Source: Myxococcota bacterium (GTDB lineage: Bacteria; Myxococcota_A; Polyangia; Nannocystales; Nannocystaceae). From it: a stretch of DNA of 64,000 nucleotides. The notes under the pieces are model-generated. The model worked only from the letters and a program-made list of their open reading frames with translations, did not search any database and was not told where the DNA came from. The position numbers and the translations under genes were made by a program. The DNA lies in the NCBI GenBank assembly GCA_039028615.1, contig JBCCHT010000043.1, positions 32,001 through 96,000 on the forward strand. The letters are read 5' to 3'. Positions 17,995 to 26,854 of the stretch are shown piece after piece. Positions within the stretch are counted from its first letter, which is position 1; each line of letters starts with the position of its first letter.

Positions 17995-19050
17995 ATGATG
18001 CAAACGAGAGAACTCGAGGTCACGCGGTGGCAACTCCGCGTCCTGACCGGACCCTTGCGCGGCATGGTTCACGTCGTCGGCGAGCGCACTGGTCTCGGCC
18101 GATCCGTGAGCTCCGATCTTCAGCTCATCGACACCGGCGTCTCCCGTCAACACGCCATGATCGTCGAGAGTGACAACGGTGATCACGTGCTCATCGATCT
18201 GGCGAGCGCAAACGGGACCTATGTCGATGGGCAGCGGGTCGAGCGGGTCGAGCTGCGCCCCGGCATGGTCATCAAGATCGTCGACACCGAGCTCACCTAC
18301 GAGGCCGCGCGTCCCGGGCTCGCCAACCGCCCCACCGCTCCGGTGTTCGCGGTGCCGCAGTCCGACTCGCGAACGCTTCGCGGCACGACCGAGGTGCCGG
18401 CCAACAACTCGAAAGGCGCGAGCGCCGAGTCGGCGACCGGTCCCGACGGTCAGGTCCTCGCGGGGGCGGAGCGCTGCCCGGTGATCTTCGAGAACCCCGA
18501 CGGCACCGAGCAAGGCGGCCAGATCATCGCCGACATCATCGAGTACCGGACGCTTCGCTCGCAGTGCCTCAAGGGTGGCCTGGCCGACCCGGCCCAGCGC
18601 CAGCACTTCAACGATCTCCAGCGCAAGTTGCAGCAACCCCCCGCGCCGCCCCCCGCGTCGCAGCGAGCCTTCTGCCGTTTCGGCTGCTGGTTCCCCGCTG
18701 CGATCCGTTTTGCATCCGGGAGTGAAATTGCTTGCTGGGTGCGAGACTTCGGCGTCGACGGTGCGCAGATCAAAGTCGGCGAGCACGAGATTGTCCGCGA
18801 CTCGATCGTTTGGCTCGCGATGAGCCTCGAATTCGACGGCCGGCCACGCTCCGAGGTCCTAACGGGACGCGTCGCATGGGTCGATGGCGAGTTCCTCGGT
18901 CTGGCATTTACCGGGGCACCACGGTCCGAATACGGGCGCTACACGGCGAACCCCCAGATTCGCGAAGAGCTCGACGACACCCGGACTTTCCCCGATCGGA
19001 CGACGGCACCGCACCGAGGACTGCGGTTGGCTACCGACGGAAAGAACTGA
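17995..19050 (+). CDS. FHA domain + PilZ domain protein (paralog of 13482..14579)
   Basis: FHA GR..S..VSRQHA..DLASANGTY; PilZ RAFCR and DFGVDG, GRVAW; shared PDGT...D.IEYR.LR segment. Confidence 0.8.
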   Translation: MMQTRELEVTRWQLRVLTGPLRGMVHVVGERTGLGRSVSSDLQLIDTGVSRQHAMIVESDNGDHVLIDLASANGTYVDGQRVERVELRPGMVIKIVDTELTYEAARPGLANRPTAPVFAVPQSDSRTLRGTTEVPANNSKGASAESATGPDGQVLAGAERCPVIFENPDGTEQGGQIIADIIEYRTLRSQCLKGGLADPAQRQHFNDLQRKLQQPPAPPPASQRAFCRFGCWFPAAIRFASGSEIACWVRDFGVDGAQIKVGEHEIVRDSIVWLAMSLEFDGRPRSEVLTGRVAWVDGEFLGLAFTGAPRSEYGRYTANPQIREELDDTRTFPDRTTAPHRGLRLATDGKN

Positions 19051-19212
19051 ACCGGTTCCGAAACGATCGACCCGGCCACGAGTCGATCCGGTGTGAACGG
19101 TTTTACCGTACCAGCGGACACGATCGTTTCATCGCCGTAGGAACGACCGGTAAAACGACAAATGTGACTCCTGTGCCTTGGCACTGTCACACGAGATTGC
19201 GACCATTTGCTC

Positions 19213-19572
19213 GTGAATCGGGACTCTCAAACTCAGGAGCAGCAAGCAGACGAGTGCTACCCGCTCTCGTTTCCCGTACAGATCAATGGTGGGCAGCTGG
19301 GCACCGCGGTCGGTCGCTCTCGTGACGCGTCGGCCAAAGGACTTTGTGCCGACGTCAATGCCGAGATGTCGGTCGGTGCTCCGGTCCGAGTTCGCTTTCG
19401 AGTTTCGCCTCGCGAGCGCGCTCAAGATTTCGATGGCACCGTCACTCGGATCGAACGCAACGGACACGGACAGTGGCCGTACCAGCTCGCCGTACAATTC
19501 GATCAACCGAACGCTGCACTGGCCGCTCGGCTCCAAGCCGAGTTCGCCCATCTTCAGCCCGCCGCGCTATAG
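19213..19572 (+). CDS. stand-alone PilZ-like domain protein lacking RxxxR
   Basis: YPLSFPVQI, DASAKG, VGAPVRVRF, GTVTR, LAVQF fit the PilZ barrel; start could be TTG 19207. Confidence 0.65.
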   Translation: MNRDSQTQEQQADECYPLSFPVQINGGQLGTAVGRSRDASAKGLCADVNAEMSVGAPVRVRFRVSPRERAQDFDGTVTRIERNGHGQWPYQLAVQFDQPNAALAARLQAEFAHLQPAAL

Positions 19573-19886
19573 CGCGCGGGTCCGCCCCAACGACGCCCGT
19601 CGTCGGACACGAGCTCGTGTCGACGCCGGGCGTCGCTGCGTCTGGGCCCGGGCTCCCGTGGTGCCCGCACCGGCCTTCAGCTCCTGAGAACACGATTCAC
19701 TCCGGCATCGATCCGACCCATCGTTCCTGGGTTCAACCGAGAGGGTCTGCGACACAAAGCCCGGTTCGGAATGCGGCCACCGTCTCGCAACTGCGTGCTG
19801 CAGGGCGATAAACGCCGATGCTCGGACATTCGGCCGTGCTCATTGGGGCCGTGGAATCCAACCGGTGGGCGCTCTAGAATCAGCGA

Positions 19887-20654
19887 GTGCTGGCGCTGCT
19901 GTTCCCGCCGTCTCTCGGCCACGTCGCGGCGTCAGCGCGAGCCAGTCTGCTCAGTCAGTGGTTTGCCCGGCAGCTCGGGGTCGAAGTCGACATCCGCGTA
20001 GCCGACAGCTACGAGGCCTTGCGCGGTGCCATCGAGCAGGGCGAGGTCGACCTGGCGTGGGCCCCTCCCTTCGTGTGTGCCGCCGTGCAGGAACACGCGC
20101 ACACGATCCTCAAGGCGAGCCGAGGGGGGCAGTCGATGTACCGCTCCGCGATCATCGCCCGCCGCGGGGAGCTGTCGACGGTGGAGGAACTTCCGGGTCG
20201 TCACGCAGCCTGGGTCGACCGACTCTCGACCGCGGGCTACCTGCTGCCCATGGCCCGACTCCGCGGCCTGGGCTACGAGCCCGACGACACCTTCGCCTCG
20301 CAGAGCTTCATGGGTTCCTACGGCCGCGCGGTGCGGGCCGTGCTCGACCGAGACGCAGACCTGTGTGCGGTCTACGTCCGCGACGCGACCACCGAGTCCG
20401 TCGACGAGACTCTGGTCGACCTCGTCGGCGAGACCGACCAGATCCACGCCGTGGACTTCACCGCCGAAGTGCCCAGCGACGGGTTGGTCGTCGTGCAGAA
20501 GAAGGGGCATACCGAGCTCGAGCACGTCGTGGAGCGCCTACGATCGCTGAGCGATGGCCGTACCCACACGATGCTGCTGACGATCTTCGACGCCGAAGCG
20601 CTCGAGCCCGCCAAGCCCAGCGACTACGACGAGCTCCGGCTGGCCCTGCGCTAG
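19887..20654 (+). CDS. PhnD-like phosphate/phosphonate-binding domain protein with no signal peptide
   Basis: SYEAL..AI..GEVDLAW.PP, YRSAII, D.LSTAGYLLP, F.GSY..AV.AVL...AD, VPSD; in-frame TAG at 19875 prevents N-terminal extension. Confidence 0.8.
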   Translation: MLALLFPPSLGHVAASARASLLSQWFARQLGVEVDIRVADSYEALRGAIEQGEVDLAWAPPFVCAAVQEHAHTILKASRGGQSMYRSAIIARRGELSTVEELPGRHAAWVDRLSTAGYLLPMARLRGLGYEPDDTFASQSFMGSYGRAVRAVLDRDADLCAVYVRDATTESVDETLVDLVGETDQIHAVDFTAEVPSDGLVVVQKKGHTELEHVVERLRSLSDGRTHTMLLTIFDAEALEPAKPSDYDELRLALR

Positions 20655-22651
20655 ATCAGCTGCACATCGGCCATGATCTCGACCAATGCGGGGCCCTCGT
20701 AGGCCAGCGCCGCGGCCAGGGCTTCGTCGAGCTGGTCGGCGCGCTCGACCCGGGCCCCGTGGGCACCGCAGATCTTCGCGTACTCGGCAAAGTTGGGGTT
20801 GTGCAGCGAGGTCTGCCACACGTGCCAGTTGCCGGCCCGCTGCTCCTTGCTGATCTTGCCCAGCTCGGCGTTGTTGACCAACACGTGGGTGATGTTCATG
20901 CCGTACTTCACCGCGGTGAGCAGCTCGCCCATGTACTGGCCAAAGCCGCCGTCGCCGGTCACGACGACCACCGGGCGCCCCGCGAAGGACGAACCCTTTT
21001 CTTGGGTCGCCGCCCAGGCCCCCATGCCCGCGGGAAAGCCAAAGCCGATGGAGCCGAGGTACCCGGACATGAGCACGGCGTGGCGCTTGCACTCGAAGTA
21101 GCGGCCGAACGAGTAGGTGTTGTTGCCGACGTCGACCGCAATGATCGCGTCCTCGGACAGGCCGCGGGTCAGCGAGTCGAAGATCGACGCCGAGCTCACG
21201 CCTTGGCCGCGGTCGTCCTGGCGACGCCGGGCCTTCTCGTCGCGCCAGATGGCCCAGCGCTCGGCGATCTGCGGCCGTTGGTCTTCGGTGTGGCTCACCT
21301 CGCCCAGGCGCTCACTCAACGCGGCCACCGTCACCGAAATCTCACCCCACACGGGGATGTCGACGGGGTGGAACTTGCCCAGCATCATCGGATCGAAGTC
21401 GACCTGGATGATGGGCAGCTTGGGGGTGATGCCCGTGTGATTGCTGAAGCTCGCCCCGAGCACGAGCAGGCAATCGGACTCGTTCATGAAGTAGCTGGCG
21501 ATGGGCGTGCCGCTGCGCCCCAGCACGCCGCAGCCCAGGGGGTGGTCATCGGCGATCTGGCCCTTGGCCTTGAAGGTGGTGATGACCGGGCACTGCAGCT
21601 GCTCGGCCAGCGCGGTGACGGCCTCCATGTCGAAGCGCGCACCGTGGCCCACGATGATGACCGGGCGCTTGCTGTGAGAGAGCTTGTCGACCGCGGCGTC
21701 GAGGGCCTCGGGCGGCGGCGCGATGGTGCGAGGCGTCAGCCGCCCCTGGGGCCCCCCCGGCTTGGCGCCCTCGGCCGCAGGCAGGGTCTGGACCTCGTCG
21801 GGGAAGATGAGGTGCGAGACACCACGGTTGAGGATGGCGCTCTTGCTCGCGAGGTTCATCAGCTCGGCGTGCTTGCTGCCGTGCATCACCGACTGTGACC
21901 ACTGGGCGACCTTGCCGAAGGCGGCGACGAGGTCGACCTCTTGGAACGCACCCGGGCCGAGCACCTGCGTGTCGACCTGACCGGTCAGCGCGAGCACGGG
22001 CGAGCGGTCGACGTTGGCGTCCCAGAGCCCGGTGAGCAGGTTGGTCGCGCCCGGGCCCGCGATGGCCAGGCACGCCGCCGGCCGCCCGGTGAGCTTGCCG
22101 TAGGCGGAAGCGGCAAAGGAGGCCGCGCCCTCGTGGCGAATGCCGAAATAGCGCAGGTTGCCCTCTTCCTCTTGGACGCGCAGCGCGTCGGCGAGGCCGA
22201 GGTTGGAGTGGCCCACCATGCCGAAGACGGTGGTCACCCCCCAGGCGACCATGGTCTCCGCCATCACGTCGCTCACCGTGCGGACGTGGGGGAGCTCCTC
22301 TTCGATGGCCACGTAGACGCCATCGTCACGGACCTCGACTTGGAAGGTGTCGACGCCGTCGTCGAAGTCACCGGGAGAGCGACCGGTGGTGGGGTCGTAG
22401 TCCCAGCCATGCCAGGGGCAGCGCAGCAGGCCGTTTTCGATCGACCCCTCGCCGAGCGGGCCGCCCTGGTGTGGACAGCGGTTGTCGAGCGCCGCGAACT
22501 CGCCCTTGAAGTGCGTCATGCACAGGGTCTCGAGCCCGCAGGTCACCGTCTTGACGCGGCCCTCGGGGAGCTCGCTGACGTCGAGCGCCTTGTGCCACAC
22601 GAGGTGGACCTTGCCGTCGCGCTTGTCCGTGTCCTTGCTGCCTTCACTCAT
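20651..22651 (-). CDS. Rieske [2Fe-2S] domain fused to a ThDP-dependent pyruvate oxidase/acetolactate synthase-like enzyme
   Basis: CPHQGGPL...CPWHGW; IRHEGAASF, GPGATNLLTG, TGDGGFGQ...NN. Confidence 0.9.
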   Translation of the reverse strand: MSEGSKDTDKRDGKVHLVWHKALDVSELPEGRVKTVTCGLETLCMTHFKGEFAALDNRCPHQGGPLGEGSIENGLLRCPWHGWDYDPTTGRSPGDFDDGVDTFQVEVRDDGVYVAIEEELPHVRTVSDVMAETMVAWGVTTVFGMVGHSNLGLADALRVQEEEGNLRYFGIRHEGAASFAASAYGKLTGRPAACLAIAGPGATNLLTGLWDANVDRSPVLALTGQVDTQVLGPGAFQEVDLVAAFGKVAQWSQSVMHGSKHAELMNLASKSAILNRGVSHLIFPDEVQTLPAAEGAKPGGPQGRLTPRTIAPPPEALDAAVDKLSHSKRPVIIVGHGARFDMEAVTALAEQLQCPVITTFKAKGQIADDHPLGCGVLGRSGTPIASYFMNESDCLLVLGASFSNHTGITPKLPIIQVDFDPMMLGKFHPVDIPVWGEISVTVAALSERLGEVSHTEDQRPQIAERWAIWRDEKARRRQDDRGQGVSSASIFDSLTRGLSEDAIIAVDVGNNTYSFGRYFECKRHAVLMSGYLGSIGFGFPAGMGAWAATQEKGSSFAGRPVVVVTGDGGFGQYMGELLTAVKYGMNITHVLVNNAELGKISKEQRAGNWHVWQTSLHNPNFAEYAKICGAHGARVERADQLDEALAAALAYEGPALVEIMADVQLI

Positions 22652-22654
22652 GCC

Positions 22655-23539
22655 TCACCCCTTGCCTTGGTTGGAGAGCTCCACGCCGGCCGCGTGGGCC
22701 GTGGAGATGAAGCGAAGCAGGCCCTCCGCCCTCGCCTCGCCGCCGTCGATCTCGAGCAGTCGATCGCCACGGAGCACCGCGCCAGTCCAGCCCTCGGTAT
22801 GCCACTGCCCCCCGGCGGGCAACTCCGGCAGCTCGGCCCCCTGCGGTGCCGGCCAGGGATTGACGTAGACGTAGGGCTGGGCGTAGCTGCCGTCGCCCAG
22901 GCTCACGCCGGCCCCCACCGAGCGCATCGACTCGCCCTCGCCTTCGAGCACGTGCAGCGAGGCCATGTCGAAGTGGTGCGGCCACAGCAAGATCGCCCCC
23001 GCCTCGGGGTGCGTGCCACGGAACCATTGCAGGGTCGCATCGGCCAGCTCGAGCCACGCCGCCAGTTCTTTGCCGTGCGCGACGGCGGGCTCCTCGAAGC
23101 TCGCCCCGTCGGCCACCGGGTGGGCGGGCACATCCCCGAGGTGTCCGGGCCTGACGACCGAGCCACTCAGCTCGATGCCCGCCTCCTGGATCGCCGTCTC
23201 CAGCCAGCCGAAGGCCTCGTCGAGGGTCCGCCCCCGCAGGGGAAAGTGCGCGAGCCGGTCATCGTCGCGCCACAGCCCCAGGGCAAAGCCGGTCACGTCG
23301 AGCGCGGCGTAGATGCCCGTTTCCGGCTCTTTGTCGGTGGCCAGGGTGCCGTGGGCCGCGACCCAGTGCAGCGCGGTATGGCTGTAGTCGTCACGGGCAG
23401 GCAGTACGGAGAACCCGAACGATGCCACCGGTTGAGACGCCCAGTGCAGCGTCAGTCGAGACCCGGCCAGCTCGGTCGCAGGCACCGACCCCAGGGTGGC
23501 GAGCAGGGAGGAGGACGGGGGAACGGCGGTCGTCGTCAT
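22655..23539 (-). CDS. DUF5996-like protein
   Basis: DYSHTAL.W, LWPHHFDMA, G.S.GD....PY.YV.PWP, W..EGW.GAVL. Confidence 0.65.
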   Translation of the reverse strand: MTTTAVPPSSSLLATLGSVPATELAGSRLTLHWASQPVASFGFSVLPARDDYSHTALHWVAAHGTLATDKEPETGIYAALDVTGFALGLWRDDDRLAHFPLRGRTLDEAFGWLETAIQEAGIELSGSVVRPGHLGDVPAHPVADGASFEEPAVAHGKELAAWLELADATLQWFRGTHPEAGAILLWPHHFDMASLHVLEGEGESMRSVGAGVSLGDGSYAQPYVYVNPWPAPQGAELPELPAGGQWHTEGWTGAVLRGDRLLEIDGGEARAEGLLRFISTAHAAGVELSNQGKG

Positions 23540-23606
23540 CGGCTCTCCGCGGCAATACGCTGCGACCCTCGCAACAGTTACCGCATCCTAACGCCCACAC
23601 GGCGGC

Positions 23607-25997
23607 TCACGTCCGCTTGCTGGCCCGCATCACCCGGACCAAATCGGCCTCGTCTTCGGCGAAGGCCACCAGGCGATCGCCGGGCTCGATCTCCAAGTCG
23701 AGCCCGGGATTGACCAGCAGTCGCTTCTGCAGCTCGCCCTGCGGCGACGAGCCCTCGAGCGCCTCCGCGTCGTAGGCGTGCACCGCATTGGTCGCCCGAT
23801 AGAGGCCCAGCGGGATGATGCCCGCGCGTGACTCGAGCCCGTACACGGTTCTTCGGACCGTTCGCCAGGTCTCGCCGTGGAACCACTCGGGCAGGGGCAC
23901 GGTGTAGACCTCGGAGTTGTCATCCCGAAACGAGACGGCGCCGTTGAAGATCTCGGCGAACCCCGGGTCCACGCTGGCGGTCGCCATCCAGCTGTCGGCC
24001 AGCTCGCGCCCCTGCACGGGGATGAGCCAGCGGCGGAAGGGGTCGAAGATCTCCTCGGGGTCTTCGTCGGTGGCCTCGGCGAGGGTGACGGGCAGCGAGT
24101 GCTCCTTGCCCACGTCGTCGCCCGCCAGCGCCGGGTGCTGGAGCGGAGGGGCGACCGAAAAGCCGGTCTTGCCCAGCTCGGGACCCAGCTGCGAGCCGTG
24201 GTGCTCGAACTTGCTGCACGCCTGGTGCACCGCCCGAGCGATGCGCAGCGGGTGATAGCGCGGCCCCTGTTCTTCGTGGTCGGGGCTCTTGAGCACGATG
24301 ACCCGCGCCGCCCGGGGGATCCGCAGGCCCGCCAGGTCCTCGGGCACCTCGGGGTTCTGGTGATAGATGGTCAGCCCCTTCACCCGCGCCAGCTGCAGGC
24401 GAACCCGCCGGGGCAGGGTGTCGGAGACGACCACGTGGATCGGCCGCGAGCGCGTCGGCCCCGGGCTCCGCAGCATGCGGATGAGCTGCAGCATGTCCTC
24501 GCGGAAGTTGAGGATCACGATGTGGTTGCGCAGCCGACGGAAGATCCGGGTCTGGTCGCGCGAGAAGATGTTGGTCAGCGCCGCGGTGAACCAGGCGAGT
24601 GACCCGAGGCCGGCGATGGTCGCCATGGCCCCGATGAAGCGCGCCGTCGAGGACTTGAGCGCCTCCGTATCGAAGTTGCCCGTGGCGAACATGTTCATCT
24701 CCCAGAACGAGTCGTTCAGGGTGCGCACGCGGGCGTTGGAGTCGTGCTCGATGGTCCACACCAAGAAGGTGGCGAGCATGACGATGGTGACGAAGCCGGC
24801 GAAGGGGATCAGCGGGTTGGACAGCTGCCCCTCGAGGTTGGCCTCGAGCGGATCCTTGAGCAGACCGCGGCGCTTGAGCAGCCGCCGCACGAAGAACACC
24901 AGCAGGCCGAGGCCGATGGCCATGGCCAGGTTGCGGAGCCAGCGGGACCGGATCTCGTCGCGCTCGCGCTGCTCGGACACCCGATGCAAGGGGATCGGCT
25001 CCTGCTCGGCAAAGTCGCGCCAGCGGTGCTGGATGCCCAGCGCGTTGTGATCGGGGTGCTGCTCGACCCAGTGCACCGCATCGAGCAGCGCATTGACGGC
25101 GAAGTCGATTTCCTCGGCCCGATCGTCGGGCGGCAACGAGGTCAGCAGCACCGTGGTCACGCACACGGTGGGCACCGCGTAGTCGAGGCCGGGATAGGTG
25201 TCGGCCTCGATCTGGCACACGCGGTAATAGGGGTAGCCGTCGATGAGGCGATCGAGCACCTCGTCGGGCAGCGGGTTGACCGTGGCCACGCCGCTGCCGA
25301 CCACCTGGGCGATGATTTCGTGGCCGGGCTCGGTGGTGCGCAGCATGACCCGCAGGTCGCCGCTGCGCAGGGCCTTGAACGCGGCCGAGCTGCCGCTCTG
25401 CTGGAGCTGGAGTTCCTCGGGCGTCAGCCCGGCCGCCCCCACCAGCACCTTGGCCGTCTCGAAGCTGCCCGAGCCGTCCTTGCCCATGAACAGGCGATGC
25501 TTGGAGAGATCGGTGAACGAGTCCAGTCGCAGCGGGCGACGCACGAGCACGTGCACCGCCCCGTCGGTCATGGCGGAGATGAGGCGCAGGTGCGAGCCGT
25601 GGGCATCCTCGGCGGAGACCTTGCACATGAAGCCGCCGGCCTTCTCGAGCGCCACTTCGTCGGACTCGCCTTCGTCGAGCGCATGGTGGGCGGCCTCGCT
25701 GGCCTTGAACGCCTCGGCGGCCACGTCGTACTGCACCAAGGCAAAGTCGAGCTGGCCCTGCAGCAGCCGATGGATGTTGTCGCAGGACCCCTTGGTGTTG
25801 TGGATGTCGATGCTGATCTTCTCGCCGGTATGCTCGAGGCCTTCGGCCACCGCCTTGGAGATCCGGGTGAACCCGCCCGTCTTGCTGCCCGCGCCCCAGC
25901 GATAAGTGGGCGTGTCCGCGAAGGCCCGCTGCGGGATCGAGCCCAGCAGCAGCACCCACGGGAGCATCAGCACCAGGCGTCGGATCGAGTCCCTCAT
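23607..25997 (-). CDS. TAXI-family solute-binding domain + anchor helix + 2TM K+-channel-type pore + RCK domain fusion
   Basis: Signal peptide; TAXI motifs G..TGGF, TKGS.DNI..L..G..DFALVQ.DVA, VHVLVR, G..GSGS, PLH; M1/pore helix DSFW/M2; RCK NHIVILN, A.RVIVL, LVNPG.D.EIEPGDRLV; start moved to ATG 25997. Confidence 0.8.
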   Translation of the reverse strand: MRDSIRRLVLMLPWVLLLGSIPQRAFADTPTYRWGAGSKTGGFTRISKAVAEGLEHTGEKISIDIHNTKGSCDNIHRLLQGQLDFALVQYDVAAEAFKASEAAHHALDEGESDEVALEKAGGFMCKVSAEDAHGSHLRLISAMTDGAVHVLVRRPLRLDSFTDLSKHRLFMGKDGSGSFETAKVLVGAAGLTPEELQLQQSGSSAAFKALRSGDLRVMLRTTEPGHEIIAQVVGSGVATVNPLPDEVLDRLIDGYPYYRVCQIEADTYPGLDYAVPTVCVTTVLLTSLPPDDRAEEIDFAVNALLDAVHWVEQHPDHNALGIQHRWRDFAEQEPIPLHRVSEQRERDEIRSRWLRNLAMAIGLGLLVFFVRRLLKRRGLLKDPLEANLEGQLSNPLIPFAGFVTIVMLATFLVWTIEHDSNARVRTLNDSFWEMNMFATGNFDTEALKSSTARFIGAMATIAGLGSLAWFTAALTNIFSRDQTRIFRRLRNHIVILNFREDMLQLIRMLRSPGPTRSRPIHVVVSDTLPRRVRLQLARVKGLTIYHQNPEVPEDLAGLRIPRAARVIVLKSPDHEEQGPRYHPLRIARAVHQACSKFEHHGSQLGPELGKTGFSVAPPLQHPALAGDDVGKEHSLPVTLAEATDEDPEEIFDPFRRWLIPVQGRELADSWMATASVDPGFAEIFNGAVSFRDDNSEVYTVPLPEWFHGETWRTVRRTVYGLESRAGIIPLGLYRATNAVHAYDAEALEGSSPQGELQKRLLVNPGLDLEIEPGDRLVAFAEDEADLVRVMRASKRT

Positions 25998-26755
25998 GCG
26001 TCCACCAGCACCAGCAGGCCCGCCGCGTCGCGCACGGGGTGACGGGGACCGGGGTTGATCACCAGCGCGGGGTCGTCCCCCGGCTCGCTCGGGGGCAGCT
26101 GCAGGCCGATGGGCGTCACCGGGCGCCCCTGCTCGTCGCTCTCCACATCGCGAGCCACATCGAAGAAGCTGCCCTCGCGCCACTGCGGCTGGACCTCCCA
26201 CAGCCGCACGCGATAGCGACCACGCAGCAGCCCGTAGACGAACTGGAACACGCCCAGATCGACGCACGCGTGGGCCAGCAGAGCCGCCCGCAGATAGCCG
26301 GGATAGAACACGGTGGCGACGCCGAGCCCCGCGAACTCGTAGGCGGCTTCGGGGTCCTCGACCTCGACGAGGATGTTGGGCACCGCACCGGAGCTGCAGG
26401 CCCGTGCCACCGCCACGCAGGTGAGGCGGGACGCGGCATCGGGCTCTTCGGCGAAGCGATCGGGCAGCACGATCACCGAGCGTGCCGACGCGATGTCGAC
26501 CTGCTTGCGGAGCGTCCGCGCCAGCGGATCGAGGCCTTCGGCCAACCCGGGCGCCTGGACGTACCGCAGCAGCGATCGCGCCGAGCTGTCGGACAAGGCC
26601 TGCTCGACGTCGGCGGCGGCCTCGGTCCCCACACACACCACGGGCGGCAGCTCACCGGGCGAAGGGGGCGCCACTTGGGCCAGGGCTCGGACCAGTCCCT
26701 GTGCTTCGGGTGACCAGTTGATGATCACCATGGGAGCGTAGGGCTTGTCCGTCAC
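25994..26755 (-). CDS. stand-alone RCK (TrkA-N/C-like) gating-ring protein
   Basis: MVIINWS, ARSVIVLPD...DA...L, NILVEVEDPE, LLAHA...G, PIGL...VINPG; stop overlaps the next start (ATGA). Confidence 0.75.
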   Translation of the reverse strand: MTDKPYAPMVIINWSPEAQGLVRALAQVAPPSPGELPPVVCVGTEAAADVEQALSDSSARSLLRYVQAPGLAEGLDPLARTLRKQVDIASARSVIVLPDRFAEEPDAASRLTCVAVARACSSGAVPNILVEVEDPEAAYEFAGLGVATVFYPGYLRAALLAHACVDLGVFQFVYGLLRGRYRVRLWEVQPQWREGSFFDVARDVESDEQGRPVTPIGLQLPPSEPGDDPALVINPGPRHPVRDAAGLLVLVDA

Positions 26756-26854
26756 CGTACCTTCGTCGATCGGGAACGCACGATGCCCCCAATCCCTTCA
26801 TGGGTCAAGACACGCCCATGCTAGGCTTTCCCTTCGTCGCCCGGGCGCCGCCGC

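Noticed and set aside
19179..19200. Possible sigma54 promoter TGGCAC...TTGC
   Set aside because: Spacing is 12 nt rather than the required 5
25998..26636. N-terminal extension making the channel ORF 1009 aa
   Set aside because: Arg/Gly/Pro-rich off-frame translation overlapping the RCK gene; the signal peptide starts at ATG 25997
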